From NCBI GenBank assembly GCA_022820925.1, contig JAJEEO010000012.1, forward strand, positions 416,594 to 480,593: a stretch of 64,000 bases of DNA. Reading direction: 5' to 3'. The position numbers and the translations under genes are program-made. How positions within the stretch are numbered: position 1 is the stretch's first letter; every line of letters begins with the position of its first letter. The notes below the pieces were generated by a model, which searched no databases, was not told the origin of the DNA, and worked only from the letters and a program-made list of their open reading frames with translations. The DNA is from Acidimicrobiia bacterium (GTDB lineage: Bacteria; Actinomycetota; Acidimicrobiia; Acidimicrobiales; Poriferisodalaceae). Below, one piece after another: positions 57,801 through 64,000 of this stretch.

Positions 57801-58490
57801 CCGCATGCCGTCGACGGTCGGGATGACCGGATCGAAGCGGTCGGGGTCGAGCACGACGGTCGCGGCGCCGTCGGCGACGTCGGCCACGATCTTCAGGCCC
57901 GTCCACAGACCCGTCGTGCGGGACATCGCGATGGCGTGGCGGCCCAAGTCGAGCGCCTCAGCCGGCGTGCCCGGGTAGAGAACCGGGATGTGCAAGTCGG
58001 CCATCGTGCCCGCAGAACTGGACGGGATGGTGGAGCTCTTGGCGGCAGGATCGTCGCCCGCGATGGCCACAGCTCCGCCGTGAGGATCTGTGCCGGCGAA
58101 GACGGCGTGGCGCAGCGCATCTGAGGCCCGATCGACGCCGGGCGCCTTGCCGTACCAGAGGCCGACGACGCCGTCATAGGTGGCATCGGGCCGGGTGGCG
58201 GCCAGCTGGCTGCCCATGACCGCGGTGGCGGCCTGATCCTCGTTGACCGCAGGCGAGTGCACGATGGGCAGATCGGTCGTGGCCCGGGCAGCCTCGACAG
58301 CGGCGTCATAGCCGCCGAGCGGCGAGCCCGGATAGCCCGAGACGAATGCTGCAGTGCGAAGCCCGCCCCGGCGATCGGCTCGGAGTTGCTCGATGGGCAA
58401 GCGAGCCAGTGCCTGCAGCCCCGTCATGAACGTCGTGCCGCTGTCGTCGGTATAGCGCCCCGACAGCCGGTACGTCTCTGCGAGGCTCAT
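54879..58490 (-). CDS. indolepyruvate:ferredoxin oxidoreductase-family protein (fused alpha/beta, about 1200 aa)
   Basis: The ATG at 58490 is preceded by GGAGAG. It reads MSLAETYRLSGRYTDDSGTTFMTGLQALARLPIEQL.... Ferredoxin-type Cys clusters follow: CEGCGDCGRKSNC and CLDGDCPSF. Confidence 0.9.
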   Translation of the reverse strand: MSLAETYRLSGRYTDDSGTTFMTGLQALARLPIEQLRADRRGGLRTAAFVSGYPGSPLGGYDAAVEAARATTDLPIVHSPAVNEDQAATAVMGSQLAATRPDATYDGVVGLWYGKAPGVDRASDALRHAVFAGTDPHGGAVAIAGDDPAAKSSTIPSSSAGTMADLHIPVLYPGTPAEALDLGRHAIAMSRTTGLWTGLKIVADVADGAATVVLDPDRFDPVIPTVDGMRYRHAPDGYLLTPHTVDIEQEIVEVRYELAIAYAAANRLNDATVDPPDAWIAIVASGITYREVREALKRLGLDADDDVRDAGIRLVRMGMPIPFSAERARHFARGVTELFVIEEKSPNIESLLKDALYNQSHRPRIVGKTDESDRALLRSFGALTADDLMAPLRTRLESRIGDRLAAPAPERVRIELPLVLTPQQRRSPYFCSGCPHNRSTEVPDGAVVGAGIGCHTMALFMDPQRVGDIVSVTCMGQEGTQWIGMSPFVETQHIFQNLGDGTYFHSGQLAIAGAVASGVNITYKLLWNRAVAMTGGQDPAGQLEVPDVAGGLLAGGAAKVLITTADPAAYRSRALPSGVEVWHRDRLLEAQEFLAAIEGVTVLIHDQQCAAEARRDRKRGTQPAPKTRVLINERICEGCGDCGRKSNCLSVQPTDTFFGRKTQIDQTSCNLDYSCLDGDCPSFMTVSEPGPLRSAVREMLAPLRRSRPAGSGGVERPEPPTGLPDPIPLTDSDEVSLRMCGIGGTGVVTVNQVLGTAGMFDGFEVRGLDQIGLSQKAGTVVGDLRLRRFGGPATARLGTGQADVILAFDLLVAASEAGLDVADPSRTMVVGSTTPTPTGAMVADPSIDMPSTDALLERVAAVTVEGRRHWADVGELVTALCGSAVTANVFVVGMATQAGGLPIAPASVEAAIELNGVAVSQNLAAFRWGRAMIADPQAVTDAAAAVPAADLDAPAPDAGIGAATVPERLGARIDELVDALGEGSPDGGAAELGAGLRIYAAELCAYQSERLAADFLDAVERVAQADRAAGDGSARLTAAFAAGLYKLMAYKDEYEVARLMADPSTHVAARELAASTGGVVSWKLHPPLLRAMGRSSKMQFGMAWRPLFALLARGKRLRGRWLDPFARTEVRRTERALIGEYRAGIDAAVTALERDAGAARYEQAIAIARLPELVRGYEEIKMATTETFRAELDERVSELGPAD

Positions 58491-58665
58491 CTGCACTCTC
58501 CGGTGTGTGAAGCTCCGCCGCCAGTCTCCAGCGGAAGCGTCATGCCCATTGTGGTCGCTGGCTGTGACACCGCCAGAACGCGCGAGTGCTGCGGCGGCCG
58601 ATCCTCCCGCAGCAGATCGCACTTGCGCTGCCGCAGCTGGCGGGCGGCTCGGCGGCAGGCTCCCC

Positions 58666-59409
58666 TCAGTTGCCGCTCGGCGCTGCGGCGCGGTGCAGCT
58701 TGCGGACCTCGTCAGCGCTCAGTGGGCGGTGCTCGCCGGGACCCAAGCCCGGATCGACGAGCGGTCCGATGCGCGTGCGCACCAGGCGCAGCACCCGGTG
58801 GCCCACGGCCTCGCACATGCGGCGGACCTGGCGGTTGCGGCCCTCGGAGATCGCGATGCGCAGCATCGAGGGCTGGGGCATCGACACCGTGGCCGGGGCG
58901 GTCATCCCGTCGTCGAGCTCGATTCCGCTGCGCAACTGCGCCAGAGCTCCCCGCGAGGGAACGCCATCGACGTGGGCCAGGTATTCCTTGTCGACGCCCC
59001 AACTGGGATGCGTCAGCCGGTGCGTCAGCTCGCCGTCGTTCGTCACGATGATGAGGCCCTCGGAGTCGGCGTCCAGGCGGCCGACTGGATACACACGCTC
59101 GGTTGCCGGCACCAAGTCGATGACGCAGCGCCTGCCCCGGTCGTCAGACGCTGCGCTGAGCACGCCGGGCGGCTTGTTGACTAGGTAGTGGACCAAATGC
59201 GGGTCCCAGGCGACCACAGCGCCGTCCACCTCGATGCGATCCGAGGCGGCGGCGCGGTCGCCGACCGCGGCGGTCGACCCGTTGACCGTGACTCGTCCCG
59301 CGGCAATCAGCTCCTCGCACGCACGCCGGCTCGCGACGCCGGCGCGTGCCATCACCTTGTGAAGCCGCTCGGTGGCGTGCTCGCCGTCCTGTTGGCCGTC
59401 GGGCGCCAT
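58666..59409 (-). CDS. rluB: pseudouridine synthase (RsuA/RluB family) with N-terminal S4 domain
   Basis: Contains LHKVMARAGVASRRACEELI (S4) and YPVGRLDADSEGLIIVTNDGEL (catalytic Asp motif). Confidence 0.88.
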   Translation of the reverse strand: MAPDGQQDGEHATERLHKVMARAGVASRRACEELIAAGRVTVNGSTAAVGDRAAASDRIEVDGAVVAWDPHLVHYLVNKPPGVLSAASDDRGRRCVIDLVPATERVYPVGRLDADSEGLIIVTNDGELTHRLTHPSWGVDKEYLAHVDGVPSRGALAQLRSGIELDDGMTAPATVSMPQPSMLRIAISEGRNRQVRRMCEAVGHRVLRLVRTRIGPLVDPGLGPGEHRPLSADEVRKLHRAAAPSGN

Positions 59410-59414
59410 GGCGG

Positions 59415-60224
59415 CTAGCCGGATCGGGCAGCCAGACGGTCCATGTCCTCGACCGCGTCGGGGTCCACGTCGAGCTCTGCCAGCGAGGGCAGGTCATCGA
59501 GATCGTCGAAGCCCAGCCGTTCGAGGAACAGGTCCGTCGTGCCGAGCAGCGACGCGTTGCCCGGTCCCGGGTCGCGGCCGATTTCGGCGATGTAGCCCTG
59601 GTCGGCGAGCGTGCGCACGACACCGTCGGCGTTCACACCCCGGATGGCGCTGATCTGCGCGCGGGAGATCGGCTGCTTGTAGGCCACCACCGCCAGTGTC
59701 TCCATGGCTGCTGCGGACAGCCGCCCAGAACGCCGGCCGCCGACGAAACGCTCGACATACTCCGAGCAGGAGGCCGCCGACTGCATCTGGTAGCCGCCGG
59801 CGACCCGTACGACGGTGAAGCCGCGCCCTGCCGCGGCGTACTCACTGGCAAGCTCGTCGCAGATCGCCGCGACCGAGGCGATCGGCGCCGCCGTCACCGA
59901 CGCAAGCACATCGGCCGGCACCGGCTCGGTGGCCACGATCAGCACGGCCTCGATGGCGGCGTAGAGCTCTTGGTCGTCGACCGCACGCGCCCCGTCGAGG
60001 AGGTCGGCTGCGAACTCTGCGAGCCCGTTGGGAGTCCCTGTCGTGCCATTGGACGCATGGCCATTGCCGGCCGGCATCGACGGGTGCTGCGGCGGCCCTG
60101 AGTCCGACTGTGACGGCGGCAGTTCGGGGACTGTCCGCTCCGGCGGCTCGGCGACGGTGCGTCCCTCGTCGCTGACCAATCGCAGGCCGCGATCCGGAAT
60201 CGATTGCGGTCCTCCGGTGCTCAC
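59415..60224 (-). CDS. scpB: SMC-ScpAB complex subunit ScpB
   Basis: The GTG at 60224 overlaps the scpA stop (GTGA). Contains IEAVLIVATEPV...LSAAAMETLAVVAYKQPISRAQISAIRGVNADGVVRTL. Confidence 0.85.
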   Translation of the reverse strand: MSTGGPQSIPDRGLRLVSDEGRTVAEPPERTVPELPPSQSDSGPPQHPSMPAGNGHASNGTTGTPNGLAEFAADLLDGARAVDDQELYAAIEAVLIVATEPVPADVLASVTAAPIASVAAICDELASEYAAAGRGFTVVRVAGGYQMQSAASCSEYVERFVGGRRSGRLSAAAMETLAVVAYKQPISRAQISAIRGVNADGVVRTLADQGYIAEIGRDPGPGNASLLGTTDLFLERLGFDDLDDLPSLAELDVDPDAVEDMDRLAARSG

Positions 60225-61066
60225 GCAGCGTCCTCGGAGTAGCCGCTCGCTGCCACGGGCAGCGTCGCGTCGTCGCCCCCGATCCACTCCACGCCGATGT
60301 CGCCGAAACGCTCTGCCTGGTCCAGCTCGACCAGGCCGGACCCGAACAGCTCGAGCAGCGCCAGGAAGTACACGACGACGACGATGCGTTCGGTCAGATC
60401 GGAGGTGAGCTCGCGGAACGTCATGGTGCCGCTGCGGGTCAGCCGTTCGGCGATCTGGCTCAGCGCCTCGTCCACCGTGATGCCCGCGGCGCGCAGGTGG
60501 CTGATGTCGACACGGGGCACGGGCTTGGGCGCCAGCACGCGTTCGAGCGCCGCGGCGAGGTCATCGCGGGTGGCGCCCTCAAGCAGGTCGGGCGCGAATG
60601 CGATGAACCGTTCTTCGGGACCGGCGCGGCGCGGCCAGCTCAGCGCCGCGGCGTCCCAGCGCTCGCGCAGCAGCCGGGCCGCCTTGCCGAAGGTCCGGCC
60701 CTCGAGCAAGCGGGCCAGTGCGGCGTCCCGGATCCCGTAGGCCGCAAGTTCCTCGTCGAGATCCATCTCGCTCTCCGGCGCAGGCAGCAGCCGGCGGGAC
60801 TTCAGCTCGATCAGCGTCGCCGCGAGCAGCGCGAACTCGCTTGCAGCCTCCATGTCGATCCGGTCGATCCGGCGCTCGCCAGCCGATTCGCCGTTGCGTG
60901 CGCCGCCTGCGGCGCCGGGGAGCTCGACTGCAGCCATCACGGCCACGAAATCGTCCACGAGGCGCGCCAGCGACACCTCCCAGATGTCGACCTCCTGGGA
61001 GACGACCAGCTTCACCAGCACATCCAGCGGGCCCGCGAAGGCCTCGGTGCGAACCTCAAAGGTCAC
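60221..61066 (-). CDS. scpA: segregation and condensation protein A
   Basis: The GTG at 61066 gives VTFEVRTEAFAGPLDVLVKLVVSQEVDIWEVSL, matching the ScpA F.V.L..F.GPLDLL start. The longer track ORF would overlap the trpS start. Confidence 0.82.
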   Translation of the reverse strand: MTFEVRTEAFAGPLDVLVKLVVSQEVDIWEVSLARLVDDFVAVMAAVELPGAAGGARNGESAGERRIDRIDMEAASEFALLAATLIELKSRRLLPAPESEMDLDEELAAYGIRDAALARLLEGRTFGKAARLLRERWDAAALSWPRRAGPEERFIAFAPDLLEGATRDDLAAALERVLAPKPVPRVDISHLRAAGITVDEALSQIAERLTRSGTMTFRELTSDLTERIVVVVYFLALLELFGSGLVELDQAERFGDIGVEWIGGDDATLPVAASGYSEDAA

Positions 61067-61151
61067 GCGGCCCGAAGGTACCGCGACCTGGCAGGACCGC
61101 TCGGGATATTTCGCGGGTTTCTCTCGACGCCAGCCGGTACCGTCCGGCGCC

Positions 61152-62153
61152 ATGACACGAGTGCTCTCGGGCATCCAGCCCACCGGCGACGTCCACCTCG
61201 GCAACTACTTCGGGGCGCTGCGCCAGTGGGCGATCGACCAGCACGACGCCGACGCCTTCTACTGCGCCGTCGACCTGCACGCCGTCACCATCCAGCAGGA
61301 TCCCGAGCAGCTCCGCAGCGCGACGCTGGGCACGATGGCCACGCTGGTCTCGGTCGGGCTCGACCCTGAGGTCTGCACGCTGTTCGTGCAGAGCCACGTG
61401 CCCCAGCACACCGAGCTGTCATGGCTGCTCGAGTGCACCGTGTCATTGGGCGAGCTGCGACGGATGACCCAGTTCAAGGACAAGGCAGCCCGCGCCGAGG
61501 GGGGCGAGCAGGGCGGCGACCATGTCTCCGCCGGCCTGTTCACCTATCCGGCGCTGATGGCAGCGGACATCTTGATCTACGACGCCGACCGGGTGCCGGT
61601 GGGCGACGACCAGCGCCAGCACCTCGAGCTGACACGCGACGTTGCGCAGCGCTTCAACAGTCGCTACGGCGACACGTTCGTGATCCCCGACGCGGCCATC
61701 CCTGCCGTCGGCGCCAGGGTCATGGACCTGCAGAATCCCACGGCCAAGATGTCCAAGTCGGCAGAGAGCCCGCAGGGCTCGGTCGGCATCTTCGAGGATC
61801 CGGCCGACATTGCGCGCAAGTTCGCCCGGGCGGTGACCGATTCGGAGACCGAGGTCCGCTACGACCCCGAGGCGAAGCCGGGCGTCTCCAACCTGCTGTC
61901 GATCCTGGGCGCCGCCACCGGCCGCAGTCCCGCCGACGCAGCCGAGGGCTACAGCCAGTACGGGCCGCTCAAGTCCGACACTGCCGACGCGGTGATCGCC
62001 GTGCTCGAACCCATCGCAGCACGCAGAGCCGAACTCGAGGCCGATCCGGCCGAGCTCGCTCGCATCATCGCCGCCGGCGCCGACAAGGCTGAAGCAGTGG
62101 CCCGCGTCACCCTCGCCCGCGCCAAAGGGGCAATGGGCTTCCTGCCCAAGTAG
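61152..62153 (+). CDS. trpS: tryptophan--tRNA ligase
   Basis: The ATG at 61152 gives MTRVLSGIQPTGDVHLGNYFGAL (HIGH-type motif). AKMSKSAES is the KMSKS motif. Length 333 aa. Confidence 0.95.
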   Translation: MTRVLSGIQPTGDVHLGNYFGALRQWAIDQHDADAFYCAVDLHAVTIQQDPEQLRSATLGTMATLVSVGLDPEVCTLFVQSHVPQHTELSWLLECTVSLGELRRMTQFKDKAARAEGGEQGGDHVSAGLFTYPALMAADILIYDADRVPVGDDQRQHLELTRDVAQRFNSRYGDTFVIPDAAIPAVGARVMDLQNPTAKMSKSAESPQGSVGIFEDPADIARKFARAVTDSETEVRYDPEAKPGVSNLLSILGAATGRSPADAAEGYSQYGPLKSDTADAVIAVLEPIAARRAELEADPAELARIIAAGADKAEAVARVTLARAKGAMGFLPK

Positions 62154-62219
62154 CCGCCGACTGACAGACTGCCGCCACGAAGCCTCTGCAACGAGGCGAC
62201 GCTTCAGAGTCTCCCTCGG

Positions 62220-63050
62220 TTGAGACGGAGAGGATCCGGCGTGAGGAAGCTGGCCGCTGCGGCGGCGATCATCACCGCAATGGTGCTGCTGGGGACGAGC
62301 CTCGTAGGCGCCCACGACCCCAAACCACCTGCGCCCGAATTCGGGACATGCAGCACGGGCGACGGTGCGGTCATCGTCAACAAGGCGTCAGCTCCCGACC
62401 TCATCGCAGCAAACCTCGCGAAAGGCGCCCTCGGCGACGCATGCATCTACGGGCCGGATGAGACACTGCATGATGCAGCATCTCCAATCATCGTCGTCGG
62501 TGGCCCGGCAGCAGTGCCCGAGGCAGGACTGCCCGCGGCTGCACAGCGCATCGGCGGACGAGATCGGTACGAGACCGCCGAGTTGATCGGGGAATGGGCG
62601 GCGAACAGAGCAGCAACCCAAGCAGCGGACGCTGACCTGGTCACTGTCTGCCGAGAGTTCGTCGGGCTTCCCCTTCACTCTGCTGACGTATTCTCGGACG
62701 ACTTCTGGGGCGACGTCTACAAGTCAGAAGTGCAAGGCTCACGAGGCAGTTGGCTAGCGCTGTGCGCCTCCGCCCTGCCCCAATATGCGACGCGCATCTG
62801 CAATCTGCTTGCAGCCGAAGTAGACAGCGTTGGAACCGGCCCGGACGACGAGTACCACGAGCGGGTCATGGACGAGGTGTCGGATCGAGCTTGGCGCTCT
62901 CGCTGCGAACAAGGATGGTCTAGCGCTAACTCGGCGGTTCACCAGCGGATCCGAGCGAAGATCACTCAGCCAGCGACCACATTGCACGAAGAATGTCTGA
63001 ATATCTGCATAAATTTGGTTGTGTTGTGTGACATACAATTGCATGCTTAG
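62220..63050 (+). CDS. secreted protein with a cell-wall-binding-repeat-2-like segment
   Basis: The signal-peptide-like N-terminus reads KLAAAAAIITAMVLLGTSLVGA. GGPAAVPEAGLPAAAQRIGGRDRYETAELIGEW resembles the CWB2 motif. The region is lower in GC than its flanks, and the last about 25 codons (NICINLVVLCDIQLHA) look non-native. Confidence 0.5.
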   Translation: MRRRGSGVRKLAAAAAIITAMVLLGTSLVGAHDPKPPAPEFGTCSTGDGAVIVNKASAPDLIAANLAKGALGDACIYGPDETLHDAASPIIVVGGPAAVPEAGLPAAAQRIGGRDRYETAELIGEWAANRAATQAADADLVTVCREFVGLPLHSADVFSDDFWGDVYKSEVQGSRGSWLALCASALPQYATRICNLLAAEVDSVGTGPDDEYHERVMDEVSDRAWRSRCEQGWSSANSAVHQRIRAKITQPATTLHEECLNICINLVVLCDIQLHA

Positions 63051-63053
63051 CGT

Positions 63054-64000
63054 ATGTTCGCCGAGCTGCTCCGGGACCATCTTCCGGCCCTCGACGATGC
63101 TCTCGATGGCGGATTCGGCAACGGCCGCAGCGAGTCCGTGTGGCACGGCGCCGATCCGTGGACCCTCGAGGGCGATCCCGCCGACGCCAGATCTGCGGCC
63201 GATGCGGTAGGGCAAGGCAGCCCCATCGAGGACCCGGGCCTGGGGTCGTTGAGCTACAACGGGCTGCGAGACCGCATGGTCGAACTGGTAGCTGAGCGCA
63301 ACCGCGTCGAGGGCGAGTACCTCGCCGTGGTGGGCGAGTTGGCTTCGCGTTTCGGCACCCAGGCTGCCGCACATGAGCTGCGGGACCTGACCCGCATGAA
63401 CTCCTCCCAAGCACGAGCCGAGTCCCGCCTGGCCCACAGTCTGGTCGACCACGACATGACCGACACCCTCGACGCGCTGCGAGCCGGCGAGATCCACATG
63501 TCCCACGCGAAGGTCATCGCCCGCGAAGCGCCTAAGCAGCACCGCCGCAGCGAAGTGAGCTTCCTGGGGCTGTGCCGCGCCTATCCCTCCGACACTGTCG
63601 CCAAGCACACCCTGGCCTACGAAAGCCAGCAGGTCTACGCAGACCTCGCCGCCGAAGCCGCAGCCAGCGATCTCAGCCCCATCGACGCCGAGCTGGCGAT
63701 GCAGCGCCATGAGCGCTTCGCGTCCATGCGCATTGGCGACGACGGCATGTGGCATCTGAGAGGCAAGTTCGACTTCCTCACCGGCCGCGAGCTCAACACC
63801 GCGCTCGAGGCTCAACTCCGGTCGCTGCGCCGCCGCGCCGAGTCCGGGTCTGCCAGCACCAGTAGCACCAACTCGGCCCCGCCCGGCGACAGCACAAACG
63901 ACAGCAGTGACCCGGTGCCGACGCGTCGCCAATTGCTGGCCGACGCGCTCAGCGAGCTTGTGGCCGGCACCGCCACTGCGCGCCACGCCAAGAACAACCT
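63054..64000 (+). CDS. DUF222-domain protein (REP13E12-like HNH endonuclease family); 3' end beyond the window
   Basis: Absent from the ORF track because there is no stop in the window. Hand translation from the ATG at 63054 gives MFAELLRDHLPALDDALDGGF...YNGLRDRMVELVAERNRVEGEYLAVVGELASRFGTQAAAHELRDLTRMNSSQARAESRLAHSLVDHDMTDTLDALRAGEIHMSHAKVIAREA.... This is the typical DUF222 N-terminal architecture. The HNH domain would lie downstream of the window. Confidence 0.65.
   Translation, partial: MFAELLRDHLPALDDALDGGFGNGRSESVWHGADPWTLEGDPADARSAADAVGQGSPIEDPGLGSLSYNGLRDRMVELVAERNRVEGEYLAVVGELASRFGTQAAAHELRDLTRMNSSQARAESRLAHSLVDHDMTDTLDALRAGEIHMSHAKVIAREAPKQHRRSEVSFLGLCRAYPSDTVAKHTLAYESQQVYADLAAEAAASDLSPIDAELAMQRHERFASMRIGDDGMWHLRGKFDFLTGRELNTALEAQLRSLRRRAESGSASTSSTNSAPPGDSTNDSSDPVPTRRQLLADALSELVAGTATARHAKNN

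Noticed and set aside
55236-58124. 962-aa + strand ORF (and 51606..53924 +, 772 aa)
   Set aside because: These are antisense shadows of the indolepyruvate oxidoreductase-family gene and of aroA-cmk. They have low-complexity Arg/Gly/Ala/His content and no recognisable domains.
61151-61154. ATG at 61153 (-) as the scpA start, and ATG at 22433 (+) as the start of the hypothetical gene
   Set aside because: Each shares a CATG tetranucleotide with the divergent gene's ATG (trpS and the crotonase, respectively), leaving no promoter or RBS space. Downstream starts fit the family N-termini better.

Overview
This is a visibly GC-rich, gene-dense chromosomal segment. Its synteny looks Actinomycetota-like: gcvH, an FHA protein, MerR, a DUF151 nuclease and MerR; pgsA; scpA, scpB and rluB; cmk and der; and a mycothione-reductase-like gene. 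Most of the window is housekeeping: ilvD, serB, gcvT and gcvP, gcvH, leuS, trpS, mutA, mutB and meaB, class Ia nrdAB, ispH, plsC, tyrA, an aroA-cmk fusion, der, an indolepyruvate:ferredoxin oxidoreductase-family gene, one tRNA-Pro(GGG), and a small CoA-dependent/oxygenase catabolic cluster at about 15.8-24 kb. The ORF track also lists many long Arg/Ala/Gly-rich ORFs; these are antisense shadows of the real genes and are rejected.

Main result: three genes carry an in-frame TGA exactly where their families have a conserved or catalytic cysteine, and each TGA is followed by a stem-loop.
- selD: GAG-U-ACK aligns to E. coli GAG-C-GCK.
- An ArsC-family reductase directly upstream of gcvT: IYHNPH-U-NSSRN aligns to IYHNPA-C-GTSRN.
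- A DUF427 protein: STH-U-PWKGDASYWS aligns to the family T.CP(Y/W)KG.A.Y motif.
The ORF track therefore truncates all three. Together they argue for selenocysteine decoding with accessory selenoproteins. The DUF427 case is, as far as I know, not described. selA, selB and selC are not in the window.

Other observations:
- selD is packed with a NadD-like nucleotidyltransferase and a 2OG-Fe(II) oxygenase.
- A 28-bp element, TCACAC-N6-AACTAC-N4-GTGTGAT, occurs in both the nrdA leader and the leader of a conserved MerR gene.
- The nrdAB leader has B12-box-like sequence, making it a candidate cobalamin riboswitch.
- The leuS 3' end is tandemly triplicated (about 30-bp units), and the extra copies carry CACGTG cores.
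- The right edge is lower in GC and holds a CWB2-like secreted protein and a DUF222/HNH-type gene.

All calls come from reading the sequence and from remembered family motifs. No searches or folding programs were run.
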